Assembly: GCA_035493535.1 (NCBI GenBank)
Contig: DATJIE010000035.1
Span: 10,053 to 74,052 of the forward strand
Direction: 5' to 3'
DNA: 64,000 nt
Origin: Dictyobacter sp.
GTDB taxonomy: Bacteria > Chloroflexota > Ktedonobacteria > Ktedonobacterales > Ktedonobacteraceae
Positions 18,651 to 27,245 of this stretch are shown one piece after another. Position 1 is the first letter of the stretch, and each line of letters starts with the position of its first letter. The position numbers and the translations under genes are program-made. The notes below the pieces were generated by a model. The model ran no database searches and was not told where the DNA came from. It was given only the letters and a program-made list of their open reading frames with translations.

Positions 18651-19310
18651 CTATTTTGCAGTTTCCGTTCTGACATATCCCTGCTCTTGTGCATATTGCC
18701 AGAGCGATTTCTGTAATTGCCGACGCGCACGAGAGATCCGACTCATGACTGTGCCAATCGGAATCTGTAATGCCTCTGCAATTTCTTTGTACGATAGGCC
18801 TTCAATATCCGCCAGGATAACAGGCATACGAAAGTTAATGGGAAGATCGTTGAGTGCCTTGTAAACATCTTCATCCAGATATTGACTCAGGACTTCCTCA
18901 TCGGCTCCCTGTGATAGCTCCTGTCCATTTAAATCACGAATCTGATTGTAGAGATAGAATTCCTCCCCATCCGGAAGCGCTACAGGAGTAGGATGTGTGG
19001 CCTGGCGGCGATAGCGATTGATAGCTGATGTATTGAGAATACGAAACAGCCATGCACGTAAATTCGTGCCAGGTTGATAGGTATGCGCAAAGCGTATTGC
19101 TTTGAGCATTGTCTCCTGTACCAGATCTTCAGCCTCCTGCGGATTATTGGTCATGCGTAATGCGGTGCGATAAAGACTGTCCAGATGAGTAAGAAGCCCC
19201 TCCTGGAATTCCTGACTTAATGGTTGATTTGGAGAGCGGTTTTCAGTTGTTGTTTCTTCGGTTTGTTCTTCTTCTCTTGCTATATTTTCGAAACTTGGAT
19301 TATCCTGCAT
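18651..19310 (-). CDS. ECF-type RNA polymerase sigma-70 family factor
   Basis: Region 2 DLVQETMLKAIRFAHTY and region 4 HTH SYKEIAEALQIPIGTVMSRISRARRQL. Acidic N-terminal extension. GAGGAG SD. Confidence 0.9.
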   Translation of the reverse strand: MQDNPSFENIAREEEQTEETTTENRSPNQPLSQEFQEGLLTHLDSLYRTALRMTNNPQEAEDLVQETMLKAIRFAHTYQPGTNLRAWLFRILNTSAINRYRRQATHPTPVALPDGEEFYLYNQIRDLNGQELSQGADEEVLSQYLDEDVYKALNDLPINFRMPVILADIEGLSYKEIAEALQIPIGTVMSRISRARRQLQKSLWQYAQEQGYVRTETAK

Positions 19311-19394
19311 TCAATACTCCTCTAACAAGAGGCTCCCAGCGAGTACCTCCTACTTTCTTATGGAAAGTAATATCAGTATATCTCACTGGCATCG

Positions 19395-19426
19395 GGAATG
19401 AAAGGGCTAACGAATTATGTTAGAAT
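19395..19426 (+). promoter_or_regulatory. Promoter candidate upstream of the anti-sigma gene, either ECF-like or extended -10
   Basis: GGAAT (19395-19399) - 19 nt - GTT (19419-19421) resembles SigR/ECF promoters. The same bases form an extended -10 element, TGTTAGAAT. I cannot discriminate between the two. Confidence 0.3.
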
Positions 19427-19465
19427 GAACAGATAGAGCGACGAGCTAGTGTAGGAGAAATTTCT

Positions 19466-19768
19466 ATGGATTGTTTAGACTGTGTCTCTACGACGGCACG
19501 TCTTCATCTCTACATTGATCGGGAACTGAGTGCCGAAGAAGTAACGGTTGTGCAGCAACATCTGGATGGTTGTCCTAGTTGTGAATCACGTTTCATTTTT
19601 GATACACACCTGAAGCGTTTAATTCATGAACGCTGTACTATTGAGCATGCGCCACATCATTTACGCGATGCGGTAATGCGGTTGGCACATGGTGAGCTTC
19701 TGGCTATTGATCCCGAATTGGAGAAGGAGATTGCCGCTGAATTGAAAAATGATATGAGAAAAAGTTAG
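19466..19768 (+). CDS. Soluble zinc-binding anti-sigma factor (ZAS, RsrA-like)
   Basis: zf-HC2 motif H-x3-C-x2-C (HLDGCPSC) plus N-terminal CLDC. 100 aa with no TM segment. AGGAGA SD. Divergent from the ECF sigma gene. Confidence 0.8.
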   Translation: MDCLDCVSTTARLHLYIDRELSAEEVTVVQQHLDGCPSCESRFIFDTHLKRLIHERCTIEHAPHHLRDAVMRLAHGELLAIDPELEKEIAAELKNDMRKS

Positions 19769-20064
19769 TCAAACAGACAAATATCTTTTCCACAAATTAT
19801 ATGCCAAGGGCATATGAGCGTGGTTTCCCATCACGCGAGCATGACCATTTCCCTGGACTCAGAAGTTTCTGATACAGGTTTAAGGCTCCTATTGTAGGAT
19901 GAAGAGGAGCCTGAACGGTTGCTCGCGTTTGCTTTGTGCAGAGTAGTATTTCTACCATGCAAGAGATGCTCAGAACAATAAGAGAGAATAATTGCCGGCT
20001 AATGTATAGCAGGATAATATGTGTCAGGCTTCAGAAGATGTGGCTGCAACATATTGCGCAGAGA

Positions 20065-20826
20065 TCAGGCCAGAACGGCATTGACGTACGCGAACATGTT
20101 GAAGTACACGAGAACGCCCATCAGCATGAGCAGAATACCAGTGGCAACCTCTATTTTCCCCAGATGTGGTTTACACCATTTAAGCACCTGACTGACTTGA
20201 TTTAAGCCTAGCCCCATCAGTAAGAATGGTAGACCCAGACCGAGTGAGTACGCTAGTAGGAGCCAGACCCCTGTTTGTAACGTGGTGGTATAGGAAGCCA
20301 GTACAAGGATAGATGTAAGAATTGGTCCGATACAGGGTGTCCAGGCAATCGCGAATGTGATGCCAATGATAAAGGACGCTGGATAACTGGGTCGAGCCGG
20401 TAAGAAATAAAAGCGCTTCTGCTGATACAGGAAGGGGATATGGAGTATGCCTGTCACATGTAAACCAATCAGCACAAGTAGTACGCCACCAATCTCCCGC
20501 ACGATATTGAGATGCATCTTCAGAAAACTGCCCAGGGCGCTAGCTGTTGCTCCCAATGCTACAAATGCTAGCGTAAAGCCAAAAACGAAGATAGCCGCAT
20601 GGAAAAAAGTAGTCAGGCGTATGTTTTTTTGTCTCATGCCTGTTTCTTGTTCATTCGCCTGATACACGCTTTTTCCTACCAGTTGCGCGAGATAAATAGG
20701 GACCAGTGGTAGCACGCATGGTGATAGAAATGAAGATAAACCCGCGACAAAAGCGATACCTAAACTGATCTGTGATGGACTCATAACAACATCATCCCTC
20801 CGCGCTAGACTATTTTCTGTGATCAT
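20065..20826 (-). CDS. ccdA: Cytochrome c biogenesis / thiol-disulfide electron transporter CcdA (DsbD core family)
   Basis: Six TM helices with the two conserved Cys motifs FLSPCVLPLVP and WTPCIGPIL. Confidence 0.85.
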   Translation of the reverse strand: MITENSLARRDDVVMSPSQISLGIAFVAGLSSFLSPCVLPLVPIYLAQLVGKSVYQANEQETGMRQKNIRLTTFFHAAIFVFGFTLAFVALGATASALGSFLKMHLNIVREIGGVLLVLIGLHVTGILHIPFLYQQKRFYFLPARPSYPASFIIGITFAIAWTPCIGPILTSILVLASYTTTLQTGVWLLLAYSLGLGLPFLLMGLGLNQVSQVLKWCKPHLGKIEVATGILLMLMGVLVYFNMFAYVNAVLA

Positions 20827-20873
20827 AGTATAGTGATTTAAGAAAAGATGTGCAAATTCTGGCTATTCTCGTT

Positions 20874-22559
20874 TTATAGCTGCTGTTGCCAATTGTCTAA
20901 GATTCTTTGTGCTTGCTGTGAAAGTTCATGAAGCGTTTCATTCCGTGTTTTATGGATACAGACAAGCTCTTGCATAACGTAGAGAATAATGCTGTGATCT
21001 TTCATCGTCAGCATCATCTGTTCCAGTGCCAGTAATGCTGTGATCGCTACCTGCTTATTGCTATCTAGCAGGGCCTGTAAGAGTGCTGGGACTGCTTGAT
21101 AGGCACTTATTTGTCCACAGAATTGTGCGATGGCTGCACGGACCTTGCTGTCCTTATCAATGAGCAAACTTTGCAGGAGCTGTTCCTCTAATACTGAGCT
21201 TATCGTCAACTGGTAACCCAGCGCGGATAAGAGTTCGATAGTGCGTTGGCGGATGCGAACATGCTGAGTTTGTAGTAAAGAGAGGAGTGGCGCATGCAGA
21301 GAGACATAGCGGCTCATTTCGCGCCAGGCCTTCTGAGGGCCAAATGTGCTGGCCTGCCAGATCAGGTAGATCAGTGAATCCAGAGCGGTAGCCTGTACCT
21401 CTGTTCTTTTTGTCTCCAAAGCCTGTACAAGCCAACGGGTGATATTACCTCGCAGAGGAGCATGTAGCGCCCCATTCAGGTGGCGTATACTCTCCAGCGC
21501 CTCACAATGCCCCGGATGGGCGGGATTCCCCACAATCGTTCCAAAGACAGCGGCTGCGTATTCACCACCGCAGGCGGCAAGGGTATAACAGGCTTGCCTG
21601 CGCAACTCTGGATGTTCATGTTGGAGAAATGGAAGTAGATGGGTTGGTAGCGCTTGTTGTCGCAGGCGTGTGCGAATACGAGGGCGTGGCGCGATCTCTT
21701 CTAAAGTTGTGAGCAGCACAATCTTTTGTTCCATATCACCATGCAGGAGCAGCGTAAAAAGTCGTGGCAGATGAGAAGGGAACATCAGCTTACTCAGGGC
21801 ATGGGCGGCCTGCTGCACAACTTCCTGATCGGCATCATTCAGTAATGAGAAAAGCAGATCCACTAATTTTTTGCGTTGTGTGATTGGGAGCCTGAGCGCT
21901 GGTTCGGTTGCCAGTGTAAAGACAACCGCTTTGCGAACCTCGATGGGAATATAGGGATTTAGCAGATCGAGCAGACCTTCCAGTCCGGCCTGATCGTGGG
22001 CATGCAACAACGCGTAGGATGCTGTTAAACGCACAGGATAGGCTTCGCCCGCCCCTTGATGGCAGTGTAGCATCTGTAATGTTTCTGGTTGGAGTTGGAA
22101 ATAGCAGGCTTTTTGAGACAGGGCCATCGCGGCGGCATAGCGTGTCATCATCCAGTCTGTATTCAGGCCATCCCGCAGCAATTGTTCATGCGCTTTTTTT
22201 GTATGCATGCCTGCGGCTTCAAGCAGACTGATCCAGAGTACGGGACCAGCCGGTTGTTGTTGGAGTGCCGGGTGGTGTAAGAGATCTTCCAGTTGCAAAT
22301 GTTCGCGCTGGCAGAGTGTGAGCAAAAGATGGGCTGTATGTTCATATTGTGGCGGGTACCAGGGCCATTCTGGCGATGTAATCTCTGGATAATTGGTTAG
22401 AGTTGTCAGGAGCAGAGAAAGGATTGGACCACGGGAACGAGCCAGACGTTGGGCTGCTCGTTGGCGTAGCTGATAATCGGTTTCTGGTCCAAGCACGAGA
22501 GCTAATGCTGCATGAATATATTCTTGTTGTGGCCCCACAGTGATTTCCTTTGCAAACAC
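20874..22559 (-). CDS. HEAT-repeat protein
   Basis: All-helical repeats (DADQEVVQQAAHALSKL, DKDSKVRAAIAQFCGQI, SNKQVAITALLALEQM). No catalytic motif. The GTG start overlaps the kinase stop by 1 nt. Confidence 0.75.
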   Translation of the reverse strand: MFAKEITVGPQQEYIHAALALVLGPETDYQLRQRAAQRLARSRGPILSLLLTTLTNYPEITSPEWPWYPPQYEHTAHLLLTLCQREHLQLEDLLHHPALQQQPAGPVLWISLLEAAGMHTKKAHEQLLRDGLNTDWMMTRYAAAMALSQKACYFQLQPETLQMLHCHQGAGEAYPVRLTASYALLHAHDQAGLEGLLDLLNPYIPIEVRKAVVFTLATEPALRLPITQRKKLVDLLFSLLNDADQEVVQQAAHALSKLMFPSHLPRLFTLLLHGDMEQKIVLLTTLEEIAPRPRIRTRLRQQALPTHLLPFLQHEHPELRRQACYTLAACGGEYAAAVFGTIVGNPAHPGHCEALESIRHLNGALHAPLRGNITRWLVQALETKRTEVQATALDSLIYLIWQASTFGPQKAWREMSRYVSLHAPLLSLLQTQHVRIRQRTIELLSALGYQLTISSVLEEQLLQSLLIDKDSKVRAAIAQFCGQISAYQAVPALLQALLDSNKQVAITALLALEQMMLTMKDHSIILYVMQELVCIHKTRNETLHELSQQAQRILDNWQQQL

Positions 22560-23767
22560 TATGATAAGTGTGGTGCGCGTGTAAAGATCCGGCGTAATTT
22601 GCGCCAGATCCGACGTTGTTTCAGTGCCGGATGGTGAGTTGTAATCATCGATGGTATGGTGTTGCTGTTTTTCCCCTTGCGTTCAGGCTGTTGCGGGGAA
22701 TGTTGCGCTTCTGGAGGGTATTGTTCTACGCTATTCTGTGCCGTGTGTTCCTGTTTGGGCATCAGTTGTGTATCAGCATTTTCGGTATCTGGTGGTGTGA
22801 AAGTCTGTGTATTGGTCAGATCGATATCATTGTTCTCCGGGTCCAGATATTGTGGTCGTTTCGCGGATGGTCTTTTGGGAGGATGGACGACAACGCGTTC
22901 CCAGGATCGTCCGGAACGTGATAAAGATGGCTGAAAAGGTGATTTCAACTGTAAAGCTCGGAGTTCTTCAGCCATCATGCCAGCAGTAGTAAAGCGTTGA
23001 TTGCGTTCGGTTGCCAGCGCGGTAATAATAATTTGTTCCAGGGCAGGAGAGAGTTCTGGATTGTGATTGTGCGGGGGGCTGAAATCACCATGTGTAATGG
23101 CTTGTGTAAGTTCAGGCATAGCACGACTGGTAAATGGCCGTTCGCCGCAAACCATTTCGTAGAGCACAACCCCCAGAGCATAGATATCGCTACGATTATC
23201 AAGTTGCAGACCCCAGATTTGTTCAGGAGAGGAATAATAGATGCTCCCAACCAGTGTCTGGGCAACCGTGATGGACTGTAGACCAGATGCCCGTGCGAGA
23301 CCAAAATCCATCACCTTGACCTTTCCCCAACGATTGAGCATCAAATTTTCGGGTTTTATATCACGGTGAATGACATGGCGCTCTTTATATGCCACATCCA
23401 GGGCATCTGCGATCTGCGCGGCATATTCGGCCGCCCGATATTGTGGGATCATGCCATCCTGATGAAGAATATTGGCCAGGGTTGGACCCTGAACAAATTC
23501 CATAGCGAAATAGAGCCACTGGTTCTGTTGTCCCGCATCATAGATGTGTACAATATTTGGGTGATTTAATCCGGCAATAATCTGCGCCTCACGGATGAAA
23601 CGTGCAACATAAGATGAATCCCGCGCCAGAGAGGGAGGAAGCACTTTGACAGCAACTTCGCGTTCAAGCGTCAGTTGTTTACTGCGGTAAACAACGCCCA
23701 TCGAACCACGCCCTACTTCTTCCTCAAGATAGTATCCACCCAGGTTTTGCCCAGCCAGTTCGTTCAT
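22559..23767 (-). CDS. Ser/Thr protein kinase (Hanks type), cytoplasmic
   Basis: GRGSMGVVY, VAVK, HRDIKPENLM, DFGLAR and SPE motifs. Pro- and basic-rich tail, no TM helix. ATG 23767 preferred over TTG 23773. Confidence 0.9.
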   Translation of the reverse strand: MNELAGQNLGGYYLEEEVGRGSMGVVYRSKQLTLEREVAVKVLPPSLARDSSYVARFIREAQIIAGLNHPNIVHIYDAGQQNQWLYFAMEFVQGPTLANILHQDGMIPQYRAAEYAAQIADALDVAYKERHVIHRDIKPENLMLNRWGKVKVMDFGLARASGLQSITVAQTLVGSIYYSSPEQIWGLQLDNRSDIYALGVVLYEMVCGERPFTSRAMPELTQAITHGDFSPPHNHNPELSPALEQIIITALATERNQRFTTAGMMAEELRALQLKSPFQPSLSRSGRSWERVVVHPPKRPSAKRPQYLDPENNDIDLTNTQTFTPPDTENADTQLMPKQEHTAQNSVEQYPPEAQHSPQQPERKGKNSNTIPSMITTHHPALKQRRIWRKLRRIFTRAPHLS

Positions 23768-23942
23768 ACCCAAGAAGCCCTTAATGTTAGAAATGACGTT
23801 ATGGTGTTCCGCTGATAAAACGTACCAGGCGCTAAATGCATGGTAGAAGATCCCAAAAGTACCTTACCGGGTTTGTGACGACAAGAGGGTGCCTTCTGTA
23901 CTGTACAACATCTGTGTATCATCATGTAAGCAAGCGAACATT

Positions 23943-24006
23943 GTAAAAAGAAAGAAAGAGCATAGCGGAAAGGAAAGCCGTTAGTTTCCTTTGCTTGCTA
24001 TGCTCT
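23943..24006 (-). terminator. Rho-independent terminator of the primary-like sigma gene
   Basis: Long imperfect hairpin AGAGCATAGC-GG-AAAGGAAA / TTTCCTTT-GCTT-GCTATGCTCT. On the minus strand it is followed by TTCTTTCTTTTT. Confidence 0.8.
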
Positions 24007-24020
24007 ATGCATCTGCGCAA

Positions 24021-24929
24021 TTAGTCGAGATAGTCCTTTAAGATGCGACTGGCTTGCGGATGTCGTAATTTTCGAATAGCACGTTCTTCGATCTGACGTA
24101 CACGTTCACGTGTCACTTTTAACTTTTTCCCCACTTCTTCCAATGTATGGTCGTGATCGTCAACGAGGCCAAAGCGCAGTTCGATGACCTGACGCTCGCG
24201 AATGGTGAGCTGACCGAGTACTTTGCGAATTTCTTCGCGCAGTAACTGTTGATCGGTGATTTCGGTTGGCCCTCGTTCGTGCATGTCTTCGATGATATCT
24301 CCGAGCGTGTTTTCCTCCTCTTCAGAAAGTGGGGCATCAAGCGAGAAGACTTTCTCGGCCCAGATCAATAACTCACTAACGCGTTCGGCGGTCATACCAA
24401 GGCGTTCGCCGATGCTTTCAGGGGTTGGTTCTCGTCCGAGTTCCTGATATAACTGGCGGGTGGTGCGCTTCACACGCATAACTTCTTCCATGATATAGAC
24501 AGGAAGTCGTACGACGCGTGTCCCTTCCAGGATTGCACGGGTGATTGCTTGTTTTATCCACCATGTTGCGTAGGTGGAGAAACGGAAACCTTTACGATAG
24601 TCGAACTTGGTGACGGCTCGGATAAGTCCGATATTGCCCTCTCCAATGAGATCTTCGAGGGAGAGTCCCTGTCCGACATATTTCTTAGCAATACTTACGA
24701 CAAGCCGTAAGTTGGCCTCAATGAGATGATTTCTCGCTTCCTTGTCACCTTGCTCTGCATGTTCAGCCAGGCGAGATTCGCTTGCTGCAGAGAGCAGAGG
24801 AATGCGGGAAATCTCGCGCAAATAGAGGCGTAAGCTATCGCTTTGCGCCAGATTGCTGAGATCAGCATCCTGTAGGTTTTCGCGTTCGGTATCACCCGAT
24901 TTGTCACGGTTATGTTGTGGGTCAAACAT
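24021..24929 (-). CDS. sigA: RNA polymerase sigma-70 factor, primary-like (RpoD/SigA family, no region 1.1)
   Basis: [12 protein letters not shown] (region 1.2), [14 protein letters not shown] (2.4), [21 protein letters not shown] (4.2). ATG 24929 preferred over TTG 24944. Confidence 0.9.
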   Translation of the reverse strand: MFDPQHNRDKSGDTERENLQDADLSNLAQSDSLRLYLREISRIPLLSAASESRLAEHAEQGDKEARNHLIEANLRLVVSIAKKYVGQGLSLEDLIGEGNIGLIRAVTKFDYRKGFRFSTYATWWIKQAITRAILEGTRVVRLPVYIMEEVMRVKRTTRQLYQELGREPTPESIGERLGMTAERVSELLIWAEKVFSLDAPLSEEEENTLGDIIEDMHERGPTEITDQQLLREEIRKVLGQLTIRERQVIELRFGLVDDHDHTLEEVGKKLKVTRERVRQIEERAIRKLRHPQASRILKDYLD

Positions 24930-25431
24930 CACATTTCGTCCCAAGTGTTTGCTCTCTTCTCCTGCAACATGTACGTAGATCAGTTTCAGTCTTGGCTTAT
25001 TGTATCATACGTATAGGGTATTGCAAGCTACATTGTCCCTTCTTTTCTATTTTGACTGTTATTTTGTATTTTTATTATTCATTTTGTCGGCTTTCTACAG
25101 CATCTCTATAGCTTGAAATTCTCTTTGTTTATGTCAACAATTTTTTGTGATGTTCTATTTCCTTATTATCAGGAGACTTATCTCATAAGCATAGACAGAA
25201 TGAATAGATAGTATAGCTGCCTTTGCGTAACTGGTTTGTGCATTGTCAGGTCCTGTTTCGACATAGCAATGTAGTATTGATATGCTATTATACTGCCTGA
25301 AGGCACCCTATTTCGTACATGAGAGTATGTAACCATTGCTTACATTATGACGTAAATATTTGTGCATCTTTGAAGAATCTTGAAAGATTATTATGTGATT
25401 TTGTGCGGAAAGAAGAGGAGTAGGCTCAACT

Positions 25432-27087
25432 ATGAGCATGCCAGTAGCACTTACAGCAGGGACAATCATTGGTGGTCATTATGTTATTGGCGATTTAATT
25501 AACCGTGGTGGGTTTGGTGCGGTCTATCGTGGCGTTGACACCAGTGAAGGAAATCGTCCGTGTGCGATTAAAGAGACATATGATGTAACTCCTGCATCGC
25601 GTCGACGAGCGTTAATGGAGGCGGGCATCCTCTTTACCGTCAGAAACAGACATTTGCCAGAAGTGTATGATGCGCTGGAGGCAAACGGACGCTTTTACCT
25701 TGTGATGCAATTGATTGAGGGACAGACGCTATTACAGATTTTGAAGTCTCGTGTCCCGAATGGTCTGGTTGGTGAGCAGGAGCCTTTTCGTCTGGCCACA
25801 GGTCCATGCAGTGAGCAAGAGGTTCTGGCCTGGCTGTTACCTGTTATTGAAATTCTACAGGAACTGCATAGCCGTAACCCTCCTGTGATGCATCGTGATA
25901 TTAAACCGGGAAATATTATCCTGACCCCACAGTATACGTCGGTACTGGTCGATTTTGGCCTGACCAAGTTGTATGATCCTAATGTTGATACCCAGACGAT
26001 GGGTCGTGCCGTGACGCCAGGCTTTAGCCCGATTGAGCAGTATGTGGGGAAAACGACGCCGCAATCTGATCTCTATTCGATGGCTGCTACGATGTACCTC
26101 TTATTAACGAATCGTTTACCACCTCCTGCGATGCAACGAACGGGTGTTGATTCCATTATTGCTCCTCGGGAGATTAATCCTTCTCTGTCGCCGAAAATAG
26201 AGCATGTGTTGCTAAAGGCGTTAGCTGTCGAAGCTACTTTACGTTATGAGAATATGTCTGAATTTGCACAGGCGTTGAGTGAGTCAACATTTGGAGCCTA
26301 TAGTGATCAGACCATCGTTGCTCCTCCTGCGACTCCCGTTGGCGTTGGGCCGCGACCATTATCGCAGGCTGAGATTGAAGCCTCTGAGCCTACTGTATAT
26401 GTAGGAGGATTTCAACCACAAACACAGCAGCAAATGCGGCCACCTACTGCGCCAGTGTCAGGACTGGGACCGGGAACTCCGTCTGGCCCTCCTTATTCTG
26501 CATATCCGTATCCATATATCGCACCTGCGGGTCCGGGCGGGCCACAGCGCAAGCGTCAGCGCCCGTGGCAGGCAGCGCAACGACCCCTACCGCGCACCGC
26601 GAACCAGGGCTGTCTCTGGGGTGGTTTACAGGGGATCGTTGCCGCTTTGCTGGTATTGTCCTCCCATCAAGGGAGCGCGTTCTATCTCGCGACGTTTATT
26701 GGTTTCGTGTTTTACCTCATTGCAGGCTTTTTTACCACGCGTCGTGGTGGTGGTTCATTGCGTGGCGGTTGGGCAGGTTTCTGGACCGGGATTTATGGCA
26801 CGATGACGTTCTGGATTGCGTTTGGTATTGGTCTATTGCTGCAATATCTACAACAACTGACGCATCTGGGGCCTGATCTCACTCCGCAAGCAGCCAGTAT
26901 GCAGGCCTGGAATAATGTAAAACCAGCATGGCCGCAGATTCCATATCTGTTGCCTCAGCAATCTACTTTCGCGAATGTGATCGCTTTAATGCTCATTGGG
27001 TGTCTGATTGCCTGGATCTGTGGTTGGGTTGGTGGACTGATCGGCAATTCGCAAGCAGGAGCGCAACAGGCAGCACCTCATCCATAA
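25432..27087 (+). CDS. Membrane-anchored Ser/Thr protein kinase
   Basis: GGFGAVY, AIK, HRDIKPGNIIL and DFGLTK motifs. A Pro-rich linker is followed by 4-5 C-terminal TM helices. GAGGAG SD. Confidence 0.9.
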   Translation: MSMPVALTAGTIIGGHYVIGDLINRGGFGAVYRGVDTSEGNRPCAIKETYDVTPASRRRALMEAGILFTVRNRHLPEVYDALEANGRFYLVMQLIEGQTLLQILKSRVPNGLVGEQEPFRLATGPCSEQEVLAWLLPVIEILQELHSRNPPVMHRDIKPGNIILTPQYTSVLVDFGLTKLYDPNVDTQTMGRAVTPGFSPIEQYVGKTTPQSDLYSMAATMYLLLTNRLPPPAMQRTGVDSIIAPREINPSLSPKIEHVLLKALAVEATLRYENMSEFAQALSESTFGAYSDQTIVAPPATPVGVGPRPLSQAEIEASEPTVYVGGFQPQTQQQMRPPTAPVSGLGPGTPSGPPYSAYPYPYIAPAGPGGPQRKRQRPWQAAQRPLPRTANQGCLWGGLQGIVAALLVLSSHQGSAFYLATFIGFVFYLIAGFFTTRRGGGSLRGGWAGFWTGIYGTMTFWIAFGIGLLLQYLQQLTHLGPDLTPQAASMQAWNNVKPAWPQIPYLLPQQSTFANVIALMLIGCLIAWICGWVGGLIGNSQAGAQQAAPHP

Positions 27088-27245
27088 GCTCTGCTGCTTG
27101 ACGGTTATGATACTATCAATAATAGTTATACCTTATTGCTAGCAATCGTATCTTGTTTTAGCTGCTGATCGTGATACGATACGGTTGCTACTTCTTGTCC
27201 CCCGATGCTCTAAAAACTCTGTTCTAGGGAAGGTTGGCTTAGCAG

